Positions 26,434 to 38,862 of a stretch of DNA of 64,000 nucleotides are shown here, one piece after another. The DNA lies in NCBI RefSeq assembly GCF_963506605.1, contig NC_083292.1:12958001-13022000 (forward strand), written 5' to 3'. The notes beneath the pieces were generated by a model. It did not search any database and was not told the origin of the DNA. It saw only the letters and a program-made list of their open reading frames with translations. Numbering within the stretch: position 1 is the stretch's first letter; each line of letters starts with the position of its first letter. Both the position numbers and the translations under genes were made by a program. This DNA is from Zootoca vivipara. Lineage: Eukaryota.

Positions 26434-28192
26434 GTAGGGGGCCTTTGTTGGGGGGGGTCTTTCTTTGGGTTGGGGGGGGGACTAATATTGGATGTTGGTG
26501 GTGGGAAATGCAGAGTCATCCTGGCTGTAAGGAATTGCAAAAGTACACACACAACACACAAACACACACCCACACCCACACCCACACACCATTGTAGTTC
26601 TGTGGTACCTCGAAAAAAAGTTATTAGGATGGGGTGGGGTGGGGATGACGACACTCATTTTTCCACTCAGGTAATAATAATAATAATAATAACAGTAATA
26701 ATATACAGCCCAAAAAACCTTGCAAATCTTTCAGCAGGGGCACTAAGAATAAGACCTGTTTGATCGACTTTCTAACATTGCTCAGTTGTTGTTGTTTATG
26801 ATTAAAACAAAAATCAAAAGGAAGCCTATCGGTTCACCCGTCTTATCTGCAGAGGAAGGATGATGTGTCAAGTTCTGTCATTTGCGTCCACATGAGCCTC
26901 TAGAACGTATTTGGAATATAGCTAAGCATTTAGCTCTGTCCTCAATATATTGTATTTTATTTTATTGCTACGGCCAGTGGCGAAGGCAAATAGGGTTTCT
27001 ATGCACTTATGCCCTGCAAACTAAAAGTAAAGCGGCAATTGAGCCTCCAGGACGTATTTGGTTTAGCTAAGCATTTTGCTCTATCCTCAGTATATTGTAT
27101 TTTATTTTATTGCTACGGCCAGTGGCGAATGCAAATAGGGTTTCTATGCCTTGCAAAGTAAGAGTAAAGCGACAACACGGGGGGAAACAACAATGAGTGA
27201 AAGCTGAAGTGCACACCTCGGCAGTATGTTTAAATGGAACAAGTCGTGCCCAACCCACTTAAAGGTTTAGATTTGCGGCAGCACAATCCCCATTTTACTT
27301 TTGTGTGTGCACAGCGCCGTGACAGTAGTTTGCGCGACGGACAGTAGATTCAAGCAGGCAAGATCCAGAAAAGGCTGGGAAAAACCAAAAAACCTCATTA
27401 AAAACTAAATGGCAAAAAAGAGTTTTGACTAAAAATTGCCCCAGGGCAAGTAGGAATCTTAACCAGTCAGTTGCCAGACTGCTTTCCTGGGTTCAGGGTA
27501 AATTATATGCAGATTGCCGTCTTTCCACGAGAGCAGCTTTTGTGGGCTGTTGTTTATGTACAGTATTTATTTGCATTTATACAGCTGCCGCTTATCAGAA
27601 ATTCTCTGGGCAACTTGCGAAGTGAAATAATAAAGACAACAACTTTAAAGCACAGTGTACCATTCCTGGCCTGGGAAAGCCTAGATTCAGGCAGCCATGC
27701 TCTAAGAACCTCACTGTTAGAGACTACTGCAATGCGTTCTGTGTGGGGCTGCCCTTGAAGATGGTCTGGGGGCTGCCGCTGGTACAGGATACTGCTGTCA
27801 AGTGGGACAGCAAGATAGAATTGTATGTGGTTGATCCTTAAAGCACTGTGCTGGCTCCACGTGAGCAACAGAGCTCAATTCAAGGTCTTGGTTCTCGTGT
27901 ACAAAAGGTTTGAACAACTTGAGGCCCCAGGACTGTGGATATTGCTTTGAGGCCTACTTGTCTCATCAGTGAGTATGTGCTCCATGCTCTGGTAACTTCC
28001 AGATTGGATAATTGTAATGTGCTCTATGTGGGACTGCAAGTGCTGATGGATGTTGTAGTCCAAGAACACCAGGAGACTCAAGGTTGAAGAACCCAGAAGT
28101 TGACAGTATTAAGCTAGATAGACCTATGGCAGCATATTTATCTATTCTATAACTTGCCTCTTCTAATGCATCCTCTTGTTCTTCCTCCCCAG

Positions 28193-28325
28193 TTTTCTTT
28201 CAATATGTTCGATCACCCGATCCCCAGAGTGTTCCAGAACCGCTTCTCGACTCAGTACCGCTGTTTCTCGGTTTCCATGCTTGCTGGACCTAATGACAGG
28301 TCAGATGTGGAGAAAGGCGGGAAGA
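28193..28325 (+). CDS. UFD1: UFD1 exon 2 (FSFNMFDHPIPRVF...VEKGGK)
   Basis: AG/GTATGT; 133 nt. Confidence 0.96.
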
Positions 28326-28872
28326 GTATGTGCACATTTTTCTTTTTGAATATTCTCTTGAGGGCTGGATGGTTTTGCGTTTTGCAGGGGGTGGTCCTTG
28401 AAAAGAGCATTAAGCAACACGTAGTGGCTAAGCTCCCCCAAACAGAGAGCATAAGAACGTGAGAGGAGCCTGCTGGATCAGGCCAATGGCCCATCTAGTC
28501 CGGCATCCTGTTCTCATAGTGACCAACCACTTGCCTGTGGGAAGCCTTCAAGCAGGACCCAAACACAAGAGCACTCTCCCCTTCCAGCAAATGGGATTCA
28601 GGAGCTTTTTCTGGCTTATGGAAGTCCAAGGGCCACATTCCCTTCTGGACCACTTTCCAGGGCTCTGGGTGAGGTCAGAGGCACAAGTGGATGTAACATT
28701 TTGCCTTTGTATGGTAGGATAGTTTCTACACACTTGTCTTCCAGACAAGCAAAAGGTATTTTCTGTGGTCGAGGACACATTCCATCCAGTAGGAGGGGTA
28801 GGCTGGGGAGAGTTCCTAAGGGCCAGGTTGAGAGGCCTAGCGCTGAGGTGGGGAACCTGTGACTCTCTAGAT

Positions 28873-29280
28873 CAGTGTTTCCCAACCTTGTGCCTACAGA
28901 CGTTTTGGGACTACAACTCCCATCATCCCTAGCTAGCAAGACCAGTGGTCAGGAATGATGGGAATTGTAGTCCGAAAACAGCTGGAGGCACAAGGTTGGG
29001 AAACACTGCTCTAGATCAGGGGTCAGCAACCTTTTTCAGCCGTGGGCCAGTCCACCGTCCCTCAGACCATTTGGTGGGCCGGACTATTTTTATCCGGGGG
29101 GGGGGGGTGTGTGTGTGAACAAATTCCTATGCCCCACAAATAACCCAGAGATTCATTTTAAATAAAAAGGACACATTCTACTCATGTAAAAACACGCTGA
29201 TTCCCAGACCGTCCACAGGCCGGATTTAGAAGGCGATTGGGTCGCATCCGACCTGCAGGCCTTAGGTTGCCCTACCCCTG
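28873..29280. mobile_element. Two tandem hAT MITEs (28873-29008 and 29017-29280) inside an older MITE
   Basis: Three exact copies of the 8-bp target ctctagat. Confidence 0.88.
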
Positions 29281-29477
29281 CTCTAGATGTTGATGAACTG
29301 CAATTACCAACAGCCCCAGCATGCCTCACCAAAGAGGAGGGGAGATTTAGTTCATCAACCACAGGTTTCCTACACTTGACCAGAGTGTCACATTTGGGCC
29401 ACAGGCCTGGGATTCCCCATCCCTGTGGTAGCCTCGTGTTGAGTCTCCCTCCCCACTGAAATGTGTAGTATAGGATA

Positions 29478-29719
29478 CAGTGGTACCTCTGATTAAGAAC
29501 TTAATTCGTTCCGGAGGTCCGTTCTTAACCTGAAACTGTTCTTAACCTGAAGCACCACTTTAGCTGATGGGGCCTCCCGCTGCCGCCGCGCCGCCGGAGC
29601 ACAATTTCTGTTCTCATCCTGAAGCAAAGTTCTTAACCTGGGGTACTATTTCTGGGTTAGCGGAGTTTGTAACCTGAAGCATTTGTATCTTGAAGCGTTT
29701 GTAACCCGAGGTACCACTG
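29478..29719. mobile_element. Tigger-like MITE
   Basis: TA-flanked TIRs. Confidence 0.85.
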
Positions 29720-29945
29720 TACTTACTCTCTTGGTTTCCACACACCCTACTCTAAATCAGGAAAGGGAAATCTAGGTGTTATGACAAAGGGACATTGGAT
29801 AAACTTCTCTGTGTTTTAACGTCTGCGGGTAGGAATTCAACGGAGGAGTCTATTCTCATATTAAAGTACACACCTTGATTTTCCTGTGCTTGTTTTCCAT
29901 TGCCATGCCATACCTAATCTTACTGTTAATTTCCTTTTTTCGCAG

Positions 29946-29978
29946 TAATTATGCCACCCTCTGCTTTGGATCAACTCA
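29946..29978 (+). CDS. UFD1: UFD1 exon 3 (IMPPSALDQL)
   Basis: AG/GTGAGT; 33 nt. Confidence 0.94.
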
Positions 29979-30278
29979 GTGAGTATCTTCTATTCAGCGT
30001 ACTTATGAAGATGTAAAGTGTATTCTCTCACTGCAAATGTTTTCAGTGTTTTCCAATCCACCTTTAATCAAGACTGGGGTTTAGAGACCCACATCTTAAT
30101 TGTTTTAATCTTGTATTTGTATGACAGCAATGCTGTCATCGCGCCCCACTTTGGTTCAGGCCGCAATCCAGTTGTGGCTCCTGACCTACCAGTTAAATAT
30201 TAAGGTTGTAGCTGGTTAAATCAGTAAGAAGCCAATCAGCATTTTGGATTGCTGATGTATGTAAAATTGCTGCTACAG

Positions 30279-30414
30279 CAGGCATCCCCAAACTGCGGCC
30301 CTCCAGATGTTTTGGCCTACAACTCCGATGATCCCTAGCTAACAGGACCAGTGGTCGGGGAAGATGGGAATTGTAGTCCAAAACATCTGGAGGGCCGAAG
30401 TTTGGGGATGCCTG
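30279..30414. mobile_element. Palindromic hAT MITE
   Basis: Long TIRs; TSD tgctacag/tcctacag. Confidence 0.85.
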
Positions 30415-30607
30415 TCCTACAGTAACACTACAATTATTTCCTCTTGGCTTTCCATCCCATAGAATGTGAAAGGGCACAATAATGGTCAGCTCTTGTCCCA
30501 ACGTCTCCTTGCTCCAGAGTCACAAGGTGCTCAGACAGAACTATTTTTGTTTTCTTGCCACCACATTACACTGCTACTGAATTAATTGTGCTGGCTATCA
30601 GTTAGGT

Positions 30608-30962
30608 CAGGGGTCCCCAGACTACAGCCCCCGGGCCGGATGCGGCCCAATTGGCCTCCCAATCCGGCCCGCGACGACTGCCGCCGCCCGCTCTTACGGC
30701 GCGCGGCGCGGCGACGATCTTCAAAATCGGCAAAAAATCGCCGAAAATCCTTTGTGCGCATGCATATGACCCCAGAAGAGGTCATTTCCGATGCACTTCC
30801 GGGGCAGGGGAGGCCCATACACATGCGCACAAGCGATTTTCGGCGATTTTTTTTCCGACCGTGTGCGCATGCGCACGGGCGCGCACTCCCCTGCCCTCCG
30901 GCCCGCCGCGCGGTCGGTGCGGCGGGCACCGGCCCGAAGCCCGGTAAGTCTGGGGACCCCTG
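30608..30962. mobile_element. CpG-rich hAT MITE
   Basis: TIR caggggtccccagact; exact TSD agttaggt. Confidence 0.88.
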
Positions 30963-31129
30963 AGTTAGGTACTAGCCTTCGTTCAAGGGGCTGCTACTGG
31001 TGTACAAAGCTAGGGACCAGGATGCCTAAAAGGTTGTCTCACCCCCTTATATACTCAACTGTTATAGGAATTCTAAGGTCTCACATATATATAAATTATA
31101 TGTTCATAAATCTACAAGGCAAATACATA

Positions 31130-31343
31130 CAGTCATACCTTGTGTTACGTTTGCTTCACGTTGCAGCTTTTCAGGTTACGAACGCGGCAAACCCAGAAGT
31201 GTAAAAACTTCCGGGTTTGCCCCACGTGCAGAAGCAATCTAGCGCGCTTCGCGCATGTGCAGTAACAACACTCTACTTACGGACTTTTCGGGGTGCGAAC
31301 AGCACCCCAAAATGGATCGCATTCATAAGTGGAGGTACCACTG
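31130..31343. mobile_element. Tigger-like MITE
   Basis: TA-flanked TIRs. Confidence 0.8.
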
Positions 31344-32195
31344 TACATAAGTATATAAACCACATGTCTGATATAGTACAGGAGAGCAATCCTGAAGCCA
31401 TTTTGACTCTTCCAGTGACTTCAAATATTCTCTGCAGTGAGGAAGGAAATGGGAAAAGTCTCCCCATTGTCTCTTTGCTCACAAATCCTGTCTTAAGGGT
31501 GTATTTGTGCATGAATAGGGTGAGCCTGTGACCTGGATTGAGGAACTAAGTAGCATCTCAAAAGGAATGGCTAGGCTGCCCAGGTAAAGCATTCAAGTGA
31601 CCATTATCTGTATCCTGCCAGACAGGATTTCTGTTTGTAGACCGCCCCCCTGTGATGTATTTCTGCTGTAGCCCACCTCTCTGTAGGAGAAGGCCTCCTG
31701 CAGATATCCCATTAGGAGGTCAGCTCTGTACTATTTTAGGTTTTTAGCTCCCATGCCAATTAGGGCTTTATATGTTGCTAATAACACCTTGAATTTGCAA
31801 CGCTTTCAGGGCTAATGTCACCTGGTCCTATCAAGATTCCTCACTTAGCATTCTAGCAGCCATATTCTGCACTAGCTGAAGCTGTCTTCAAGGGCAGCCC
31901 CATGTAGAGTACATTACAGTAGTCCAAGCAGGAGGCATTGGAATAGTGCCTTTAGTGTGGTGGCGCCTACTCCTTGGAGCTTGGAAACCCTGAATTAGAT
32001 CAATGGCATTTTCCTATGTTCAATCCAGTCCTGCACAAGTTTTTTTGGACACAAATCCTACACAAATCCAGCGAGGCTTACTCCCAAGTAAGCAAGTGTA
32101 GGCTCACAGTCCAAGATTCTTTATGCGAGCTTCCAAGGAAATTCTATTGGATATAATGCAGTGCTTCTCTTTCCCCCCCCTCCATTTTTTCCTAG

Positions 32196-32317
32196 GCCGT
32201 CTTAATATCACCTATCCTATGTTGTTTAAACTGACAAATAAAAATTCTGACCGGATGACACACTGTGGCGTGCTTGAGTTTGTGGCCGACGAAGGCATTT
32301 GTTACCTTCCACACTGG
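32196..32317 (+). CDS. UFD1: UFD1 exon 4 ([12 protein letters not shown]...[20 protein letters not shown])
   Basis: AG/GTAAGT; 122 nt. Confidence 0.96.
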
Positions 32318-32683
32318 GTAAGTAGGCACCTTGATTCTTTTCTCGACTCAAAACTTCTACAAGGGTTCTATGAAATGAATTTCTCCCTTATTTTTTATTT
32401 TATTTTAAAATCATTTCACTATCACTGGCTCGTGGTGATGTCTCATACAAACTGCGGATAGAATGTATATTCCCATCATGGAGCTACAATTCTCAGGGTA
32501 GTTTATACTGTTGGTCCCTCTTCCCAGGGAACTCTGGGAATTACAGCTCTTTGAGAGGGAATAAGGGTCTCCCGACAACTCTCAGCTCCTTAACGAACTA
32601 CAGGCCACAGGCTTTTTTTGCAAGAAGCTCTGAGTGTCTCCCAAGACATCATTTGAGCACCTGTCTTTGTTTCCTTTTGACAG

Positions 32684-32814
32684 ATGATGCAGAACCTGCT
32701 CTTGGAGGAAGGGGGGCTGGTGCAGGTCGAGAGCGTCAACTTGCAGGTGGCGACGTACTCCAAATTTCAGCCGCAGAGCCCTGATTTCCTTGACATCACC
32801 AACCCCAAAGCAGT
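32684..32814 (+). CDS. UFD1: UFD1 exon 5 ([11 protein letters not shown]...[11 protein letters not shown])
   Basis: 131 nt; followed by U12-type donor GTATCCTTT. Confidence 0.95.
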
Positions 32815-33944
32815 GTATCCTTTTCGTTAAACCTCAGGGGAAGTTGCAGGGGGTGGTTTGAGCTGTGGCCCCAGGGAAGGAAGATGAATTGCCTTTTTCC
32901 AACAAGGGAGTAAGGAACCTCAGGACCAAATGTGGTTCTCCAGGGCTGTCTATCTGGACCTTGGAGCTCTTCCCAGCATGCACTTCCTCCCCAGGCCACA
33001 CCCCTTCCTGTCTCTTGTTTGGCCTGGCTGACCCTGAGGGTCATGTAGTCCAACCCCATGCAATGCAGGAAGATGCAGGTGACCCATGTGGGGGTTTGAA
33101 CCTGCGCCCTTGGCATAATCAGTACCATGTGCTAACCAGCTGAGCTAACTGGCAGAGCCTCTGAGTGTACATAGGTAAGAGTTGCTTTGTCTCCCCTCTG
33201 GCCTTGCCTACCATTGGCACGCAGCCCCAGAAGGTTACTTAGGAGGGAAGGTGGCCCCTGGGCTCCAAAACCAGGTGAACAGGGGCCAGTTCAGAGACCG
33301 CTTCCTCTGATGTAGCCTCATCGACTTCAGTTTACCGTGGACGCCAGTGTCACCGATCTGTGTGTCTCCTTTCCAAAAGCTGGTAACATGCCATGAGCTG
33401 GAGACTTGAGGAGGGGAGAGTTTATCTTATGAGAATAAGATGTAGGAGAAAGTTAACAGACCATGTTATTCTAAAGCAGATTTTCTGCACCATGGAAGTT
33501 GGGTGCCTATTTATTTTCAAGCATCTTAACCCTGCTCTGCAGTCAAAAAGGCTCCCAGGGTGGCTAACTTAAGATCAATAAAGAGTAAGTCCCCCCTGCC
33601 AACAGGCATAGCACAAAAGGAAAAACGAGTGAGGAGGGAAGATGGAAAAAAAAAACACCAAGCAAATGCAGGCACTGGTCCAGATAATGATCAGCTAGAA
33701 TAGAAAGCTGTTCAGGGAGAAGAGGAGCTTGACAGAGCCAGACCCAGTGAAGTGTTCCTGCTTCACCTCTCTTCCTCTGCTCTAGCCCAGTGGAATGGCA
33801 GCCTGCCAGGTGACAATTGAAGGAGAGAGGGAGCCTCAAGGAGATGGGTAGGGTTAAAAGCAGCTGGTGATGTAGCTGCAGTTGTGAAATGCAACCTTTT
33901 ATGCTACCAGTAAGGTTTGTATTTCAATTTAACATCCTGTTAAG

Positions 33945-34017
33945 ACTGGAAAACGCGCTCAGAAATTTCGCTTGCCTGACCACCGGAGATGTCATAGCCA
34001 TCAACTACAATGAAAAG
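33945..34017 (+). CDS. UFD1: UFD1 exon 6 ([24 protein letters not shown])
   Basis: 73 nt; acceptor lacks a polypyrimidine tract and has TTTAAC upstream (U12-type). Confidence 0.94.
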
Positions 34018-34305
34018 GTACTACATGCCATTTGAAGCGGAATAAGCTATACCCGAGGAGCCCTGGAGGGAATGATTAGGCATCATAATCCAGAAACTTG
34101 TGCGTGCATCTATCTGTGCATTTGATATTGCATCCAGGGCTGTCCCCTGGTTTTTAAGTGGGTTTTTAGGTGACTTTTAGGTATTAGATTGAATTTAAGA
34201 GCTGGCATGGGGCAGGGCAGCGTGCGAGTAAAAGAGTTACAAGAGTGGCAAGACAACTTTGTAGAGATTATATTGATGATGAGATCGGCTGTCTTTTTTT
34301 TTTAG

Positions 34306-34374
34306 ATCTATGAGCTCCGAGTGATGGAGACGAAACCCGACAAAGCTGTGTCCATCATAGAGTGTGACATGAAT
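34306..34374 (+). CDS. UFD1: UFD1 exon 7 (IYELRVMETKPDKAVSIIECDMN)
   Basis: AG/GTAAGT; 69 nt. Confidence 0.95.
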
Positions 34375-35156
34375 GTAAGTGGGAGATGGGCATTTTCAGT
34401 CTCACTGACCGCTTAAAATGGGTTGGGAGCCTTTTTTAACACAAGGGCCACATTACTCCAGTGGAAAGCTGTCAGGGGCCTGTGTTCCCGTATAGCCCCC
34501 CCACCCACCCCAGCTATTTCCCATGGGTTCACATTCCCATTAAAATATATTTAGTTTCTAGTAACTCCGTCCATGTTTCACTTTAAATTTTTTAATAGAC
34601 TTTTAAAAACAGCAGCCGAGTTTGTATACCCATTATCTCTCCTGGCTGTCCGAAAGGGAAAAAGCACCCGGTGTTTCCAGCAAAATGATGCAAAAACCCT
34701 CAATGCACACAGCTGGACTGCAAGTCCTGCCTTGCAGCTTTTTAAGTTCTCAAACTTCAAAGTGCAACCGCAAAGGCAAAATTCAGGATGCAATTGCAAA
34801 TGCAGAATGCACGGGCTGCTTTTTTGCATTCCCCCCCCCAAGTACCACAAGCCCCCCAAATCCGCTCCTCTGTTTTGATCTTCTTGCAGAGGAAGGAGCT
34901 ACAATTTTGCACAACATCAAAACCCATTGTACAACTGATGGTCTTGAGGGGGGGGGGCCAGAGGACCCCGTGAAACCTGGCTGCAGGGATAGTTGCTTTA
35001 ATTCTACTTCTGGGGAAGGGATAGACCGCTTTGGTAGATTAAGTAAGGGAGGAAGCCATTTCTTAGCCATGTTGCTCTTGTTTCTTACCCTGATTGTGAA
35101 TTCAATATTGACTCTATACCCAGCCAGATGGGTGGGGTATAAATAATAAATAATAA

Positions 35157-35157
<1 letters not shown>

Positions 35158-35208
<51 letters not shown>
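35158..35208. repeat. (TTA)n tract immediately upstream of UFD1 exon 8
   Basis: Directly visible; tail of a tiny L2 3' insertion starting near 35119. Confidence 0.9.
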
Positions 35209-35213
<5 letters not shown>

Positions 35214-35217
35214 ACAG

Positions 35218-35283
35218 GTGGATTTTGATGCACCCTTGGGTTACAAAGAACCAGAAAGACAGACACATCACGAGGAGTCCACA
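35218..35283 (+). CDS. UFD1: UFD1 exon 8 (VDFDAPLGYKEPERQTHHEEST)
   Basis: AG/GTAAGT; 66 nt. Confidence 0.94.
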
Positions 35284-35707
35284 GTAAGTGGCCTTGTATA
35301 GTCGTCTCTCTTTTTACTTGCTTTTTCCTCCCCCCCCTGCAAATAAAAAACACCCACTCAGAAGAAGCAGTGAATGCGACAAATAAATTGATAAAGCTGG
35401 TTGTCAAGTTGATTTACTCCTTGCAATTCATTTTCTTGATTGAGTTGGTCAACAGAGCGGTCATTTTGTTGGAGGATTCAGGATTTCTTCACAAAGGGCA
35501 TAATTAAACGGTGGAACTCACTCCCACAAGAGGCGGTGATGGTCATCAATTTGGATAATTTTCAGAAAAGGATTAGACCAGTTCACTGTCGGTGGATATC
35601 TTCTCCCCTCTACTGTCGGAAGCCACATGAAGCACCAGAATCGAGTGGAGAGAGTGCTGTGGAGCCATTGTAAAACAAGTCAACTTGTTTCCCCGCTTGC
35701 TTTTCAG

Positions 35708-35755
35708 GATGTGGAGGCAGACCATAGCGGCTATGTGGGTGACCTGGGATTCCGT
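35708..35755 (+). CDS. UFD1: UFD1 exon 9 (DVEADHSGYVGDLGFR)
   Basis: AG/GTAAGT; 48 nt. Confidence 0.9.
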
Positions 35756-36068
35756 GTAAGTCTCTTTGATGAATTAAACTATATTTAATTTAGCTGCTTT
35801 TTAAGAAATAATAACAAAAACAGTTTTATTTATACCCCACCCATCTGACTGGGTTTCCCCAGCTACTCTGGACATTTTTAAAAAGAACTCAAAGCTACTC
35901 ACAAACACAAAGATTAAAAATAGATATCAAACATCCCACAAATGGGGAGTCAACACCCTCTGCATCGCCCTATATGAAGGAAGCTGCTTAGATATTACAG
36001 TGAACCCACTGAAATGTTTCACGTATGATAAGACTTGCAGCATGTTAAGAATCCAAATTCAGAATATA

Positions 36069-36476
36069 CCGTACTTTTCCATGTATCACACACCCCCATG
36101 CATAAGATTTGGGGGGGACTAAAAATTAAGAAAATGGGGAAGATTGCACAGAGTTATTGAGCCTTTTTAAGGGTTTTTTTTTTTTGCCAAAAATCACTCA
36201 CCCACCTGGGCAACGCTAACACTTGTGCCTCCTAATGTCTGTCCCCTCGCCAGCAGAAGCAGCCTATTGCCCACCCAATTGACACAGAAACACCCAATCA
36301 ACACCACTCCTTGCCGCAGACACCAATAGCACGCTGCAGACTGTCTCCGGCTCATGCCATCAACCAATCCCACGTCACCCCTAGGCACTACCCATGTATT
36401 AAGACGACCCCCAATTTTAACCATACCGGTAACTCTTCAGTTAAAAAAACCTAGTCTTATACACGGAAAAGTACGG
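36069..36476. mobile_element. Tc1/mariner-superfamily MITE
   Basis: TIRs ccgtacttttcc...ggaaaagtacgg; TA TSD. Confidence 0.82.
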
Positions 36477-36720
36477 TAGATATAATTCCTTTCCAAACCG
36501 TAGAACAGTTGCAGTCTAATGGGCAGCCTCTCAAAGACAATCCTTAGTAGAGTTGTTGTTGTTTTTCTGCTTAGTTTCCTTGGGGATTTCTTGGATAAAT
36601 TGGATCAGGACTGGATCAGGTGGATATAGGCGTTATCCTACGCGAGCCATGACTTGAGATGCTCCATTTTACAAGGATGGTGATTTCATGGCGGTGACTG
36701 TACCTTTCTTATCCCTGCAG

Positions 36721-36809
36721 GCCTTTTCAGGATCTGGGAACAGGCTGGACGGGAAAAAGAAAGGCGTCGAGCCAAATCCTTCTCCAATTAAACCAGAAGA
36801 CATTAGAAG
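36721..36809 (+). CDS. UFD1: UFD1 exon 10 (AFSGSGNRLDGKKKGVEPNPSPIKPEDIR)
   Basis: AG/GT; 89 nt; SHP box FSGSGNRL. Confidence 0.95.
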
Positions 36810-38241
36810 GTTGGTTTGCCTTGATGCAATTCTTTCTTCTGTGTGTCCTCCCAAGTAAAATGACTCGGGCCGTTTCCATCTCCGTCTGCAGCTGCCATGG
36901 CTTCAGTATTCCTGCGAGTTGGATATTCTCGCTTGGAGTGCAGTAACATGGCTTGGAAAGGAAGAAAAGAAACAGCAGCCATGTCGGATACGGGAAATCT
37001 CAGGTCCAGGAGGCCAATGTGGCCCCCAAGCCTCTCTATCTGGCCCTTAGAACTCTTCCCCAGGCCACACCCCATTATGGGTCCCTGCTTCACCACCTGA
37101 GCAATTTTTGCCTGGTTAGAATGTGTGCATTCATCCTTTTGCTTGTCTGGATGGAGGACAGAGAAGGGTGTCTAGAAGCAGGTCTTTAGTGGTTAGGCTA
37201 AGAATGAGCAACTAGCTCAAGGTCACCCTGTTTCACCCAGGTCCTCTCTGGTCACTCACTGTCCAGCAGGCTAAAGAAGCCCCACGTCACAACACTTCTT
37301 GCTGTGGATAATATTGTGACTTCACCTTCCCCAAACCTGGTGCCCTTCAGATATTGTGGACTAAAACTTTCATTTATCCCTCACCCTCCTCAGCTGTGCT
37401 GGTTTGGGAGTGATGAGATGCGCAGTCCAAAACATCTGGAAGGCACCAAACAGGGAAAGGCTGGCTCATTTGTTTACAGCGGCAAGTCTCGCACAAGCCA
37501 GGATAATGCATTTCGACAACTCCATCTGAGATCGACCCGCGACTTAAAGAAGCCTTGTGAAACCACGTGTTTAAAATGGCTCATCCACCAGGAGCCAGTG
37601 AGGGGGATAATTACTCTTTCAGTAGAAGCCAAGCAAAAGGAGACAGCTGGATCTGCCTTCCAACATGCACTATCTCTGTCTCTCTCTCTCCCCAGTCAAA
37701 CCTTGGCTCCCAAATGGCTCCATTTTCGAACGATTTGCCTCCCGAACACCCAAAAACTGGAAGTAAATGCTCCAGTTTTTGAATGTTTTTCAGAAGCTGA
37801 ACATCCAACGCAGCTTCCACTGAGAATAGGAAGCTTTTGCAACCAATTGGAAGCTGTGATTCAGTTGTCGAACATTTCAGAAGCCGAATGGCGGGCCGTG
37901 CCTACCTTTAGGAGACCCCATCCTGTTCCCGGCCTCCAGCTGTTCCATTCTCCTTCACCCGCCCAACAATCAGTCAACATTCTGAGCATGCTCAGTCTTC
38001 ATTGAATTGTTTTTGGGTCCTCTCCTCACCCCAGCTTAAAAAAAATATTAGAACCCAAGTCAAAAAAATCATACCAAGTTTTTCCTTCTTTCCAAGCAGG
38101 AGCAAACCCTTAACTTCATGTTTTTTCCCCCTCAATTTGATTTGGATGTTAATATTTTTCTGTAAATTGTCAGCTGGCTCCATAAGGCAGAAGGGAAACG
38201 AATATATGAAGTACAATGCACCTCATTTGTCTCTTCTGCAG

Positions 38242-38323
38242 GGGGATTCCCAACTATGACTTCAAAATTGGCAAGATCACATTCATCAGAAATTCTCGGC
38301 CGCTGGTCAAGAAAGTAGAAGAA
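38242..38323 (+). CDS. UFD1: UFD1 exon 11 (GIPNYDFKIGKITFIRNSRPLVKKVEE)
   Basis: AG/GTGAGT; 82 nt; NPL4-binding region. Confidence 0.95.
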
Positions 38324-38787
38324 GTGAGTAAAACTCTGCCTTTTTCACTTGAGGTTGTCCCCAGTGAAGTCATCCCATTTGCAGAAGGCCTTCCACCTTT
38401 GCAGTGGAATGTCTTTTCTCCTAACTTGCTCTGCCCCACCCAGCCCTGTCCATCTGCACTGCAGTGTTGGTTAAGACCAGCACTTAATTAATAAATAACC
38501 ACCCAAGGAATATGACAAGAGAGCTGGGGAAGAGATCTTGGTCAGTCACAATAAATCTGTTATTTGCACTACGCCTACAACTCGTTTACCTCGTGTACTT
38601 TGGCATTTATAAGCATTTTCAATAAATAAGTGAATAAGCAGAAGTCAGCTCAGCTGAAATCGCAGGATCAGTGCAAAGCTGGAACTACTCATGGTGCCTG
38701 AAAAGCCCAGGTCTTCACTTCTTGCATGTGCAATAATGAATATTGACGTGAGTTTACAAAGTAATATTTCCACACCTCTGTTTTCAG

Positions 38788-38862
38788 GATGACTCTGGGA
38801 GCCGCTTCATTGCCTTTTCTGGAGAAGGCCAGTCACTCCGCAAGAAAGGAAGAAAACCATAA
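38788..38862 (+). CDS. UFD1: UFD1 exon 12 (DDSGSRFIAFSGEGQSLRKKGRKP*)
   Basis: Acceptor ttttcag; TAA at 38860-38862. Confidence 0.95.
   Translation, partial: DDSGSRFIAFSGEGQSLRKKGRKP

Larger units (their letters stand above)
26431..38862 (+). other. UFD1: UFD1 gene, coding span (12 coding exons, 924 nt, 307 aa), p97/VCP-NPL4 cofactor
   Basis: Hand-spliced exons give MFSFNMFDHPIPRVFQNRFSTQYRC...FSGEGQSLRKKGRKP*. Confidence 0.97.

Noticed and set aside
30582-31204. Cluster of overlapping 100-137 aa ORFs (also 60857-61545)
   Set aside because: They arise from a CpG-rich non-coding hAT MITE bounded by TIRs and an 8-bp TSD.
37304-38005. 233-aa ORF in UFD1 intron 10
   Set aside because: Non-ATG start; runs across unrelated MITE fragments and a (CT)n tract; no recognisable domain.
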